A stretch of 64,000 bases of DNA from an uncultured Thiomicrospira sp. (GTDB lineage Bacteria > Pseudomonadota > Gammaproteobacteria > CAKMZV01), in NCBI GenBank assembly GCA_965195345.1, contig OZ239628.1, forward strand, positions 1,824,001 to 1,888,000, read 5' to 3'. A model generated the notes under the pieces. That model had not been told where the DNA came from and did no database searches. It saw nothing but the letters and a program-made list of their open reading frames with translations. Positions 31,163-41,465 of the stretch are shown here, one piece after another (the first letter of the stretch is position 1; the number at the start of each line of letters is the position of its first letter). The position numbers and the translations under genes were made by a program.

Positions 31163-31867
31163 TTAAGCATTTATTGCTTGAAAAGTTAATTCAGATAAAC
31201 GCTTTCGTTGCTCGCCTGATTCATGAAAATTACTCGGTTGCAACCAGATTTCAAAAGCCTGCCTTAACTCAGACCACTCTGAATCAATACATGCGAACCA
31301 AGCCGTATCTCTGTTCTTGCCTTTAACTATCATGTGTTGTCGAAAAACACCTTCGTAACTAAAACCCAAACGCTTTGCTGCACTACGCGATGCTAAATTG
31401 AGTGCATTACATTTCCATTCATAGCGTCGATAACCCGTTTCAAATGCAAACTTCATGAACAGATACATACTCTCAGTCGCCATTATTGTTCTGCTTAACA
31501 ATGGCGAATAACAAATATGACCAACTTCTATTGTTCCCATGACTGGATTGATGTTCAGATAACTAGCCACTCCAACAGCCTTACCAGACTGTAAATCAAT
31601 AATGGCATAGAATAACGGATCTTTACTTTCAACCATACACCCCAACCAATCAATGTATTCTTCTAATGTTGCAAACGGACCATACGGAAGATAGCGCCAA
31701 ATTACCCCCTCTTTATCGATGCTATTTGCCAAAAACAAATCCTTCCCGTGTTTTTCAACATCCAACTTTTCTACTGCGCAATAACTCCCCTCAATACGCT
31801 TTCCTTGCGGAAAGCTTGCCGATTGCCAATGCAGTAACTCTTGACCCAACGTATCCGTACTATTCAT
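31163..31867 (-). CDS. GNAT N-acetyltransferase (RimJ/RimL-like)
   Basis: IEVGHI, GYRRYEWKCNALN, RLGFSYEGVFRQ, KGKNRDTAW. Confidence 0.9.
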   Translation of the reverse strand: MNSTDTLGQELLHWQSASFPQGKRIEGSYCAVEKLDVEKHGKDLFLANSIDKEGVIWRYLPYGPFATLEEYIDWLGCMVESKDPLFYAIIDLQSGKAVGVASYLNINPVMGTIEVGHICYSPLLSRTIMATESMYLFMKFAFETGYRRYEWKCNALNLASRSAAKRLGFSYEGVFRQHMIVKGKNRDTAWFACIDSEWSELRQAFEIWLQPSNFHESGEQRKRLSELTFQAINA

Positions 31868-32093
31868 CGTTAGCTCCTTTATATAATGTCATGTATACAA
31901 TGTGCATAAAACACATACTCCCGTATAAATATTCATTTAATACAACTTGCATACACTGTATTCTATCTGTTTTTTTTATAGCTCTACTTATAGGTTTACT
32001 TAACAGCGTTTCTTTATAGCATTTCTTATAATATAATTCTGTTGACTAAGTAATTGTCGCTTGCAAATATTTTATTTCAAATATAAGGATTTC

Positions 32094-33107
32094 ATGTCTA
32101 TTCTACGCCAACCACTACCCTTTCCAAAACAACAACCCATCGAATATCTATCATTAAAAAACGAACCGCATTTTAATGCATCCATTCATTTGCAGTTAGA
32201 GAAACCTGCTAACGTAACGACATTGAGTGATTTAGGATACGACTCCAAAACATGTGCTGTGATGCCTTCACAATTGGCGATCACTTCAGCATTTCGAATA
32301 CTTTCCGATGAAGGAGTAGCAACGGTATACGATTTGTGCAAGCAAATGGAATCAAACAAGAACATTGCTAATGCAACGGGAGGCGTGCGCCTCGGTTCAT
32401 TCATTCGCGGAGCAGGCTATCGTTCACAATTTATGCATGATTTATGTGCCTCCCCTGAATTGGCTCAATTTCTAAGTGGTTTGACAGGTGTTTCTGTTGG
32501 CGTTCATTCCTTACCCTCTATAGCTTGTGGTATTAACTATGCACCTCAAGATATTACTAAAGCCATTGACACTTGGCACATTGACTCCATGTCTTTTGAC
32601 ATAGTCATGTTAATGGTTGATCCTTCCACACTTAAAGGAGGAGAGTTCCAATATTTCATGGGTACAAAACAAGAAGGCAGCTCTATTCTTGGAATATCAG
32701 GAGAACAAGGTTCGATTAAAGAATTGCCCTCTGATAGAGTCGTTAGTGTACAGTTTCCAGCAGCTGGTTATGGTTTCTTGCAACATGGCAACATGGTTTT
32801 TCACCGCGCTTGCCGTCTGCACGAACCCGCCGAACGTATTACTGTTGTTCCATCGTTTGTCGTTCTTGATCCGAGTAAAAAAGATGGCACGAACATCGAT
32901 TCGCTCATGAATTGGAAGGATCCGGGCATGTTAGCTGAATTGGCAAGACACGAAGCATGGATTGCTCTAAATCATTTGGAAAATTTGATTGAAGACATTG
33001 ATCTAACTGCTCCACCTCAACAGATTGGTAAAGCATTGGATGAATCAGTTGCTAGTTTGAATCATTTCTCAGATAAGTTGAAACAGTTAAATCAAACAAA
33101 TCATTGA
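32094..33107 (+). CDS. Putative Fe(II)/2-oxoglutarate oxygenase of unknown substrate
   Basis: WHIDS (HxD, His codon 32577), KGGE, distal FHRA (His codon 32802) and ERIT Arg give the DSBH facial-triad pattern. AAGGA RBS precedes ATG 32094. Confidence 0.65.
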   Translation: MSILRQPLPFPKQQPIEYLSLKNEPHFNASIHLQLEKPANVTTLSDLGYDSKTCAVMPSQLAITSAFRILSDEGVATVYDLCKQMESNKNIANATGGVRLGSFIRGAGYRSQFMHDLCASPELAQFLSGLTGVSVGVHSLPSIACGINYAPQDITKAIDTWHIDSMSFDIVMLMVDPSTLKGGEFQYFMGTKQEGSSILGISGEQGSIKELPSDRVVSVQFPAAGYGFLQHGNMVFHRACRLHEPAERITVVPSFVVLDPSKKDGTNIDSLMNWKDPGMLAELARHEAWIALNHLENLIEDIDLTAPPQQIGKALDESVASLNHFSDKLKQLNQTNH

Positions 33108-33109
33108 TT

Positions 33110-34063
33110 ATGTCTGCCAAATCAAATCAACAAAAAATCCTCCTTACAGGCGCTGCCGGGTGTATTGGTTCTTGGGTTATCAAGCAATGCTTGGATAACG
33201 GACACGATATTGTTGCTGTCGACATCAGTGCCCAGCGTTCGCGTCTTGAACTATTGGTTGGGCAGGATAGGGCGCACTCTATCACTTGGGACGTTTGCGA
33301 CATCCGCAATAAAAATGCTCTGTTAGGAATAGCAGAAAAACATGAAGTAAATGCTATTATTCATCTAGCCGCTTTGCAAGTGCCATTTTGTAAAGCGGAC
33401 GCCACACTTGGAGCTGAAGTGAATGTCGTTGGAACCATTAACGTGTTTGAAGTGGCTCGTACACTAGGTATTAAGCGCATTGCTTACGCTTCTTCGGTTG
33501 CAGCTACCGCTATGTTCGAGAAGTCAGCTTGGTTGAAAACATTGTATGGTGCATATAAAATATGTAATGAGCAGACTGCCAAAGTGTATTGGCAAGATTA
33601 CAACATTCCCAGTGTCGGCATACGTCCAAGTGTGATTTACGGTGTTTCACGCGACCAAGGAATGAGTGCTTTGCCAAGCATTGCGATACTGGCAAGTTGC
33701 TTACAGCAACCCTTCAATATTAGCTTTCGTGGTCATGTCGGTTTTGTCTACGCAGCCAATATTGCCCATGCACTGATTCAATCGGTAAAAAATGCACACA
33801 GTGACGCACACGTCTTTGATTACAATGGCATTCAACTAAGCGTTGAGGATTTTGTCAAATCTGTAAAAAAACGATTGCCAACATCCAATATAACCATTAC
33901 GGGAGGCGAACTGCCTTTTCCATCGGACATGAGCAATCAACCTTTAATTGACCATATCGGAGAGTTTGAAGAGATTGGTATAGAAGATGGCATAACGGAA
34001 ACGATACAGCTGTTTCAATCATTGGTAAAAAGCGGGCAACTTAACTTATCACATTTAAAGTGA
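33110..34063 (+). CDS. NAD-dependent epimerase/dehydratase (extended SDR)
   Basis: TGAAGCIG, IHLAA, ASS, YGAYK (YxxxK). Confidence 0.9.
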   Translation: MSAKSNQQKILLTGAAGCIGSWVIKQCLDNGHDIVAVDISAQRSRLELLVGQDRAHSITWDVCDIRNKNALLGIAEKHEVNAIIHLAALQVPFCKADATLGAEVNVVGTINVFEVARTLGIKRIAYASSVAATAMFEKSAWLKTLYGAYKICNEQTAKVYWQDYNIPSVGIRPSVIYGVSRDQGMSALPSIAILASCLQQPFNISFRGHVGFVYAANIAHALIQSVKNAHSDAHVFDYNGIQLSVEDFVKSVKKRLPTSNITITGGELPFPSDMSNQPLIDHIGEFEEIGIEDGITETIQLFQSLVKSGQLNLSHLK

Positions 34064-34108
34064 ATTTCAAAAAATACTGCAAATTATAAATATCACAAGG
34101 AAACATAC

Positions 34109-34957
34109 ATGAAAATCATACGCTTTGGAGATAGCAATCAGGAAAAGCCAGGAATTATTGATAAAAACGGTATATTTCGAGATGCATCGGCAATAGTGGA
34201 TGATTGGCACGGCAATAGCATAGGTGCTGACTCACTTGCTCAAATAGCCGCTCATGATTTATTATCATTGCCCGCTGTGCCCTCCTCTGTGCGTCTTGGA
34301 GCACCTATTACGAACATCAGCAAAATCATCGTCATAGGATTGAACTATCGCAACCATGCTAAAGAAGCAAATATGGACGTCCCCACTGAACCAATCATGT
34401 TGTTAAAATCAACTTCTGCTGTGACAGGACCTAATGATTCAATCGAATTGCCTTTGGGTAGTTCTCAAGTGGATTGGGAAGTAGAGCTCGGCGTAGTTAT
34501 TGGCAAAAAAGCTAAAAATGTATCGGTAGAAAATGCCCTATCACACGTTGCAGGTTACACCATTGCCAATGATGTTTCTGAACGTGATTGGCAAATAAAT
34601 AGAGGCACTCAGTGGACAAAAGGCAAATGCGCTGATACATTTTGCCCACTTGGACCATGGTTAGTTACAGCAGATGAAGTGGGCGACCCACAAGATCTGC
34701 AACTTAATTTATGGGTTAATCAAGAAAATATGCAAAATGGCAACACCCATGATATGGTCTTCAATGTTGCAGATTTGGTCAGTCGCATTTCCCATTACAC
34801 CACACTAAATGCAGGTGACGTAATGATTACAGGTACACCCGCAGGTGTAGGAATTGGGCAGAAGCCTCCACGTTTTTTAAAGGCTGGAGATCATTTGCGC
34901 TTAACCATAGCAGGGTTAGGAGAACAAAACAGTGTCGTGACAGCGCCGTATGCATAA
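34109..34957 (+). CDS. Fumarylacetoacetate hydrolase-family protein
   Basis: IGLNYRNH, DWEVELGVVIG, NDVSERDWQ, KGKCADTFCPLGP, TGTPAGVG. Confidence 0.93.
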   Translation: MKIIRFGDSNQEKPGIIDKNGIFRDASAIVDDWHGNSIGADSLAQIAAHDLLSLPAVPSSVRLGAPITNISKIIVIGLNYRNHAKEANMDVPTEPIMLLKSTSAVTGPNDSIELPLGSSQVDWEVELGVVIGKKAKNVSVENALSHVAGYTIANDVSERDWQINRGTQWTKGKCADTFCPLGPWLVTADEVGDPQDLQLNLWVNQENMQNGNTHDMVFNVADLVSRISHYTTLNAGDVMITGTPAGVGIGQKPPRFLKAGDHLRLTIAGLGEQNSVVTAPYA

Positions 34958-35720
34958 TAAAGTTGTTGTTGTAACAGGTGGCGCACAAAACATTGGCAAT
35001 GCCATTGCGCACGTTTTTGCTAGCGCGGGTGCTACTACTATTATTGGTGATATAAACGCTCCAAGCGTTGAGAAAAATGTTAAAGAAAACCATGTATCGC
35101 ACATCGATTTTCATCCGCTCAATGTATGCGATGAAAAGAGCGTTGATGCCTTTTTTCGTTGGCTGGAAGAGAAATACGGGTGCATTGGCGTACTAGTCAA
35201 TAACGCTGGCATTGCTATTGAGGAAAAATTTTCTGACACCAGCCTCGATGATTGGAATAGAGTCATGGATGTCAATGTTACAGGAGTTTTTCTTTGCGCA
35301 AAAGCCGCCATCAATCAAATAAAAAAACACAACCGAAAAGGCGTCATTGTCAACATCGGTTCGATTGAAGGATTGGCAGCCAATCCCATGCATGGAGTGT
35401 ACGGTACATCTAAAGGATCAGTACACGCCATGACACGTAATATTGCCATTGATCATGGTTGTGACGGTATTCGTTGTAATGCTATTGCACCTGGTTGGAT
35501 CAATACCCCTTTCAACGATTCTTTTATACATAACTTTCCTAACCCAGAAAATGCACTTAAGGAGATTCTTGCACTGCATCCAATGGGACAAATCGGCACA
35601 CCTTCGAATGTAGGGCAGCTTGCATTATGGCTTGCAAGCGATGCTTCAGAATTCATCAACGGGCAGGTTATCTCTATTGATGGCGCACGCACAGCCAAAC
35701 TCCCCCTTCCAGCACTATGA
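34950..35720 (+). CDS. Classical SDR oxidoreductase (probably NAD-preferring)
   Basis: TGGAQNIG, acidic residue in GDIN, NNAG, YGTSK, NAIAPG. Confidence 0.92.
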   Translation: MHNKVVVVTGGAQNIGNAIAHVFASAGATTIIGDINAPSVEKNVKENHVSHIDFHPLNVCDEKSVDAFFRWLEEKYGCIGVLVNNAGIAIEEKFSDTSLDDWNRVMDVNVTGVFLCAKAAINQIKKHNRKGVIVNIGSIEGLAANPMHGVYGTSKGSVHAMTRNIAIDHGCDGIRCNAIAPGWINTPFNDSFIHNFPNPENALKEILALHPMGQIGTPSNVGQLALWLASDASEFINGQVISIDGARTAKLPLPAL

Positions 35721-36493
35721 GTGTCCCGATAAACTTCGGTAAAAGACAGTTAGATGGCAAAGTTGCTATCATAACGGGTGCCAGCAGAGGTTTGGGAAAA
35801 GCCATTTCCCAAGTTTTCGTGGATGCTCAGATGCACTTAGTGCTCGTTGCACGTGATAAAAAATCCGTTGAAAGTATTGCTCAGGATTTACGAAACAGTG
35901 GTCAAAAAATCGTAACAGTTATCGGCGATGTTCGCGATGAATCTTTTTGTAACTCAATCGTTGAAAACGCCGTTCAACACTTCGGGAAGATAGATGTTTT
36001 AGTCAATAATGCTGGTGTTATTGGTCGCTTACCTATCATCGAAACATCAACGAGCGAATGGAAGCGCGTAATGGAAACAAATTTAGACGCTGTTTTTTAT
36101 CTGTCTCGTGCCGCCATTCAACATATGTCATCTGGAAGCACTATTATAAATGTCGCATCAACTGTATCTGCATTGGGGTGCGCCAACCTTGTCCCTTATT
36201 GCGCCAGCAAAGGGGCCGTAGCTAATTTCACCCGTGCACTTGCACTTGAACTTGCTCCCAGAAAAATCACCGTGAACGCCATTTCCCCAGGCGCAATGGA
36301 TTCTCCTATGTTAATGTCTGAACATAAGGAAAATGTGACAGAAGAGATGGTACGAAAAATGAATTGCGACAGTATCCCTCAAGGGCGAATTGCCAATGTA
36401 TATGAAGTTGCAAGAGGTGCTTTATACTTAGCGCAAGAAATGCATTCAACGGGCGTTATTTTACCTATTGATGGCGGGTATACTGCTCAATGA
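35717..36493 (+). CDS. Classical SDR oxidoreductase (probably NADP-preferring)
   Basis: TGASRGLG, basic residue in VARD, NNAG, YCASK, NAISPG, IDGGYTAQ. Confidence 0.92.
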   Translation: MSVPINFGKRQLDGKVAIITGASRGLGKAISQVFVDAQMHLVLVARDKKSVESIAQDLRNSGQKIVTVIGDVRDESFCNSIVENAVQHFGKIDVLVNNAGVIGRLPIIETSTSEWKRVMETNLDAVFYLSRAAIQHMSSGSTIINVASTVSALGCANLVPYCASKGAVANFTRALALELAPRKITVNAISPGAMDSPMLMSEHKENVTEEMVRKMNCDSIPQGRIANVYEVARGALYLAQEMHSTGVILPIDGGYTAQ

Positions 36494-36619
36494 GCGATCG
36501 GTTTTCAAAAGAGTGAAGCAGTAGTCATTTAAATCGTTTAAAAAAGAGAATATAAAATCGCGTGAGAGTATTCAGTGTGAAGGGGCTCATCTGAAATATT
36601 TTCTCAAATACTTGGACAA

Positions 36620-37723
36620 CTACAAAATAGCACGTTCCTTTCGATCGATGACATTAATGATATCTAAAGGAGTCAACCCTTCCATGCACTTTATAGGATT
36701 GTAGCAATGGCTGTTACTTTTCACTAAATTACAAGGGCAACACGACAAATTTTTAACAATAAGTGCTTGATGCCTGTTGTTATAGATAGGGAAACTTGAT
36801 TCTGGAGCAAGCAAGCCAAATAATCCTATAACGCTAGGACCATCGGTTGATAACGCCAAATGCATGAATCCTGAATCGGTTGCTACAACCCACTGACATT
36901 GCTGCAAAAAAGCGGCAGCAACTGTAATGGGCTCTTCAATGATGGGGATTTTTGCATCTACTGCATCTAATAATTTTTGAGTTGCCTGCGTTTCTCCCGG
37001 ACCTACTACTGCCACAGGCAACATCTCCTTTAAAATTAACAGATTAACAAACTTAATCCAGTAGGCACTTGGCCACGTTCGTCTGTAATCTCTTGCAAAA
37101 GGATTAAACGCTAATAACGGTCTCTTATCTGGGTTAATATTTTGGGCAATATTTCGCGCTTTTGCATACGTTTTTTCATCACCCCAATAGTGGCGACGAT
37201 ACACGTCAACAGGCTCTAATCCGATAGCCCTTAGAAGATCAAAATGATTTTCACCTCGATAACGATCGTGAAACTCCTTGTGCAATCGAACCGTTAAAAA
37301 CATTCCCCTGCCATCGCTATCGTAGCCTACTCGATTAGGCACATTTGCAAGCCACATCGCCAGCGCAGCATGAATGTTCCCAGAAAGCAATAGCGCAAGA
37401 TCAAACGATTTCTCTTGCATCTTTTTAATGACCTGCCATTGATATTTCTTCGTTTCTTTAGATGAAAAAGGAACACATTCGTCTACATAAGGGCAATGCT
37501 GCATAAGCTCAAATCCATGACGATTGATGAGATTCATAATATGCGCATTGGGGAAAAGTCGGCGCACTTCTCGAAAAAATGCGCTTCCAATGGCTAAATC
37601 CCCTAAAGGATCAATCCCTCTAATAACAATTTTTTTAACACTTGAAGTATCAAAGTATTTGGCACGAATTAGCCTCGCATCACGATCAACAAAATCACTG
37701 GAGACTGTAAAAGTATTCACCAA
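36620..37723 (-). CDS. Glycosyltransferase family 9 (heptosyltransferase-like)
   Basis: LGDL, RRLFPNAHI, DSGFMHLA, GLFG, C-terminal CCPC...C...CM motif. Confidence 0.85.
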   Translation of the reverse strand: MVNTFTVSSDFVDRDARLIRAKYFDTSSVKKIVIRGIDPLGDLAIGSAFFREVRRLFPNAHIMNLINRHGFELMQHCPYVDECVPFSSKETKKYQWQVIKKMQEKSFDLALLLSGNIHAALAMWLANVPNRVGYDSDGRGMFLTVRLHKEFHDRYRGENHFDLLRAIGLEPVDVYRRHYWGDEKTYAKARNIAQNINPDKRPLLAFNPFARDYRRTWPSAYWIKFVNLLILKEMLPVAVVGPGETQATQKLLDAVDAKIPIIEEPITVAAAFLQQCQWVVATDSGFMHLALSTDGPSVIGLFGLLAPESSFPIYNNRHQALIVKNLSCCPCNLVKSNSHCYNPIKCMEGLTPLDIINVIDRKERAIL

Positions 37724-38109
37724 TACCTCTTATTATCAGGATGTTCGTCGGCAATAGTTATTGTTCCTAAAAGGATGTAAAGTAATAACTTGCTCTAAAA
37801 GATGACGGAAATTTAGTATGTGTATTCATAGCCATCTCAAGTTCATCTCCTCAAATACTATGCTTATTCTGCCCGTCTTTAAATCAATCAAATAGTAGTA
37901 TCAGAGACACAATCAAAGTGCATTATATAAGATAGTGTGAAAAGATCATATGCAATGATAATCACGCGCTTTATCAATTCCTTATGACTTCAATCCATTC
38001 AGAGCATGGATGTAAGCTATCTGGATGGTTAAAAAATTCTAATTTTAAATGTACCATCACGCATTAACAGTCATAATAAGCGACATGATTATTTTTTGGC
38101 ATCACCAGC

Positions 38110-38511
38110 ATGATAGATCACTTCAATCTCCCAGTATCAAACCTTGAGCGCAGTGCCAACTTCTATGAAGTAACACTGGCAAGCCTAAACATAGAACTGT
38201 TAATGCGAGATGGAGACGCTGTTGGCTTTGGCAAAAATACATGGGAGTTTGGTATCGTCCATGAATCAAGAGAGTTGATACAAATGCATTGTGCATTTAT
38301 TGCGCATTCTCAAGAAGAGGTGCGAAGATTCTATGCAGCAGCATTGGAAGCTGGAGGCATTGACAATGGTGCTCCAGGATTACGAACCGAATATGCGCCG
38401 TCATATTATTCAGCCTACGTGCTTGATCCTGATGGTCACAATATTGAAGCGGTATGCAGGTGTGACAACCTAGATATGCCTAACAAGGTAATAAACCTAG
38501 GCACAATATAA
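38110..38511 (+). CDS. VOC/glyoxalase-family protein
   Basis: MIDH, HCAF, GGIDNGAPGLR, YYSAYVLDPDGHNIEAVC. Confidence 0.92.
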   Translation: MIDHFNLPVSNLERSANFYEVTLASLNIELLMRDGDAVGFGKNTWEFGIVHESRELIQMHCAFIAHSQEEVRRFYAAALEAGGIDNGAPGLRTEYAPSYYSAYVLDPDGHNIEAVCRCDNLDMPNKVINLGTI

Positions 38512-38549
38512 GCAAAATTTACGTTTGTTGACTTTAAATCCACCAGACT

Positions 38550-39005
38550 ATGAAAGAAACTCGACATATCAGAAAAGCCACACCGAATGATGCTGATGAT
38601 TTGAAAAAATGCATGGAGTCGGCATACATAGGCTATCAAGAGAGAATGAAAGGCGCACCACTTCCGCCAATGGATGCTGATTATTCATTCGAAATTAAAA
38701 ACTACCCAACTTGGGTCATTGAATCAGAAAAAGGGCTGCTTGGCGGTCTTATTATGGTGTTCAAAGATGGTCGCGCCTCTATAGCAAACATTGCCATCAA
38801 TCCTAAATATCAGGGACAAGGAATTGGTCGCGAACTGATGGATTTCGCAGAATCAAAAGCAAAGGAGAAGAACTTTTTTGAACTGCATTTGACAACCCAT
38901 GTATTGCTTGAAGAGAACTTATCTTTGTATCAACATCTTGGATGGCAAGAATTGAGCAGAGATGAAAACCGAGTTTTCATGAAGAAACAATTACCTTTTA
39001 CCTAA
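38550..39005 (+). CDS. GNAT N-acetyltransferase
   Basis: PPMDADY, NIAINPKYQGQGIG, ENLSLYQHLGW. Confidence 0.9.
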   Translation: MKETRHIRKATPNDADDLKKCMESAYIGYQERMKGAPLPPMDADYSFEIKNYPTWVIESEKGLLGGLIMVFKDGRASIANIAINPKYQGQGIGRELMDFAESKAKEKNFFELHLTTHVLLEENLSLYQHLGWQELSRDENRVFMKKQLPFT

Positions 39006-39222
39006 AAATCCAGTACTTACACGAAGAATCAAACGGATTATTGGTTACAAAAATCTTCTCTTTAAAACTTTTTGATGCTTCCTTTTATCAGCTTGACCTA
39101 CTATGGCGCACTAAGAAATCCTTTAAAGAATTCCTTTAAAAACGGCTTTCAGTGTAACCTATAACCTCTATTATTGGTAGAATAGAGGCCCTCAAAATTT
39201 CCCCAACGAACAATTATATAAT

Positions 39223-40695
39223 ATGGGCAAAAATACAGTGCCAGACATCTTGCACCAATCCAATGTCGATGTACAAGATGATATTGTTGACCTACTTAAA
39301 AACACTAGTTATAAAGAAGGGTTTCATACTAATATCGTTTCTGAAACCTTTGAAAAAGGATTGAATGAAGATATCGTTCGCAGAATATCATCGAAGAAAA
39401 ATGAACCTGAATGGATGCTTGAGTGGCGTTTGAATGCATTCAGAGAATGGCAAGAAATGGAAGAACCACATTGGGCGCATGTTGATTTCAAATCATTAGA
39501 CTATCAAGATTTTCATTACTACTCAGCACCAGAATCTTCCAGTTGTGAAAGCGACAAACCAAACGAAGAATTGGTTGATACGTTTGAGCGCCTTGGTGTA
39601 ACTCTTAACGATACGAGCAATATAGCGGTTGATGCTATTTTTGATAGCGTATCAGTATCTACTACGCACCGTTCTAAATTAGCGGAGCTGGGAATCATAT
39701 TTTGCTCGTTTAGCGAAGCAATAGAAGATCACCCTGATTTGGTGAAAAAATACATGGGGACGGTCGTCCCACACAATGATAACTTTTTTGCTGCGTTGAA
39801 TTCTGCTTGTGCATCGGATGGAACTTTTGTCTATATTCCTCCTGGAGTACGCTGTCCGCTTGAAATATCAACGTATTTTCGGATGAACGAAGCAAAAACA
39901 GGTCAATTCGAACGCACATTGCTTATCGCTGACAAAAACAGTTACGTAAGCTACATTGAAGGTTGTTCTGCTCCTATTCAAGACAGTTACCAGTTACATG
40001 CTGCTGTGGTTGAGGTTGTTGTACTCGAGGGCGCTGAAGTCAAGTATTCGACTGTGCAAAACTGGTATCCGGGTGATGAAGATTCAGAGGGTGGTATTTT
40101 AAATTTTGTGACTAAACGTGGCATTTGTGCTGAGGCCAACTCTAAACTTTCTTGGACACAAGCAGAAACAGGTTCTTCTATAACTTGGAAGTACCCGTCT
40201 GTCATACTCCAAGGTGATAATTCGATTGGTGAATTCTACTCAGTAGCTCTAACAAACGGCAAGCAACAAGCCGACACAGGCACAAAAATGATACATATTG
40301 GTAAAAATACCAGTTCAACTATTATCAGCAAAGGGATATCAGCAGGGCGAAGCCAAAATACATATCGCGGGCAAGTTAAGATAATGAAAAACGCTGAAGG
40401 TGCAAGAAACTTCACACAATGCGATTCCATGTTAATTGGCAACCAGTGTGGCGCACATACTTTCCCGTACATTGACTGCGCCAATCCAACGGCTCAACTT
40501 GAACACGAAGCGACCACTTCAAAAATCGGAGATGACCAAATGTTCTATTGTGCTCAACGTGGCATTAGTGAAGAAGATGCAGTGAGCATCATAGTCAATG
40601 GATTTTGCAAGGAAGTCTTTTCAGAATTACCGATGGAATTTGCAGTTGAAGCAAGAAAGCTTTTAGCGATCAGTCTCGAAGGTTCCGTTGGATAA
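39223..40695 (+). CDS. sufB: Fe-S cluster assembly protein SufB
   Basis: [49 protein letters not shown]. Confidence 0.97.
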   Translation: MGKNTVPDILHQSNVDVQDDIVDLLKNTSYKEGFHTNIVSETFEKGLNEDIVRRISSKKNEPEWMLEWRLNAFREWQEMEEPHWAHVDFKSLDYQDFHYYSAPESSSCESDKPNEELVDTFERLGVTLNDTSNIAVDAIFDSVSVSTTHRSKLAELGIIFCSFSEAIEDHPDLVKKYMGTVVPHNDNFFAALNSACASDGTFVYIPPGVRCPLEISTYFRMNEAKTGQFERTLLIADKNSYVSYIEGCSAPIQDSYQLHAAVVEVVVLEGAEVKYSTVQNWYPGDEDSEGGILNFVTKRGICAEANSKLSWTQAETGSSITWKYPSVILQGDNSIGEFYSVALTNGKQQADTGTKMIHIGKNTSSTIISKGISAGRSQNTYRGQVKIMKNAEGARNFTQCDSMLIGNQCGAHTFPYIDCANPTAQLEHEATTSKIGDDQMFYCAQRGISEEDAVSIIVNGFCKEVFSELPMEFAVEARKLLAISLEGSVG

Positions 40696-40709
40696 ACAAG
40701 GATTATTTT

Positions 40710-41465
40710 ATGTTATTGGAAATTAATAATTTACACGCATCGGTTACAGAAAGCGACACGCCAATTCTAAAGGGGCTCAATTTGAGCATAAAGAAAGGCG
40801 AGGTGCATGCCATTATGGGACCAAATGGATCAGGGAAAAGCACTCTGTCAAATGTTATCACTGGACGCGATGATTACGAAGTAACTGCTGGATCGATTTC
40901 CTTTGAGAAAAAAGATCTATTAGAGATGGATGTTTCAGAGCGCGCTGGTGAAGGTATTTTTATGGCGTTCCAATACCCTGTTGAAATTCCTGGGGTATCC
41001 AATAAAATGTTCATGCAAGCATCTTTCAATGCCTTACGCGAGTATCGTAATGAACCAACGTTGAACACGCTTGAATTTAACAAGTTGCTTAAGCAACGCC
41101 TTACGTTGCTTAATATGCCTAAAGAACTACTTGAGCGCTCCGTCAATTGTGGCTTTTCAGGTGGAGAGAAAAAACGCAACGACATTTTTCAATTAGCAGT
41201 GCTTGATCCAAAGTTAGCGATTCTTGATGAAACGGACTCTGGACTTGATATAGATGCAATGCGCGCAGTAGCAACGGGCGTTAATAAATTACGCAACGAA
41301 GAGCGTTCTTTTTTAATTATTACGCACTATCAACGATTACTCGATTATATCGAACCTGATTTTGTACATATTTTGTCCGACGGGAAAATCATTAAATCTG
41401 GGGATAAAAGCCTTGCCCTTAAGCTCGAAGAAAAAGGGTATAACTGGGTGAATGAAGGACATTAA
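40710..41465 (+). CDS. sufC: Fe-S cluster assembly ATPase SufC
   Basis: GPNGSGKSTL, FQYPVEIPGV, FSGGEKKR, DETDSGLD, ITHYQRLL. Confidence 0.97.
   Translation: MLLEINNLHASVTESDTPILKGLNLSIKKGEVHAIMGPNGSGKSTLSNVITGRDDYEVTAGSISFEKKDLLEMDVSERAGEGIFMAFQYPVEIPGVSNKMFMQASFNALREYRNEPTLNTLEFNKLLKQRLTLLNMPKELLERSVNCGFSGGEKKRNDIFQLAVLDPKLAILDETDSGLDIDAMRAVATGVNKLRNEERSFLIITHYQRLLDYIEPDFVHILSDGKIIKSGDKSLALKLEEKGYNWVNEGH

Noticed and set aside
32094-33107. BesD/HalD-type radical halogenase
   Set aside because: The metal motif is HxD (HID), not HxG/HxA, so there is no open halide site; treated as a hydroxylase-type enzyme.
37765-37850. Short minus-strand ORF (MAMNTHTKFPSSFRASYYFTSF) behind a GAGGAG upstream of the GT9 gene
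   Set aside because: Only 22 aa, RBS spacing is poor and there is no other support.
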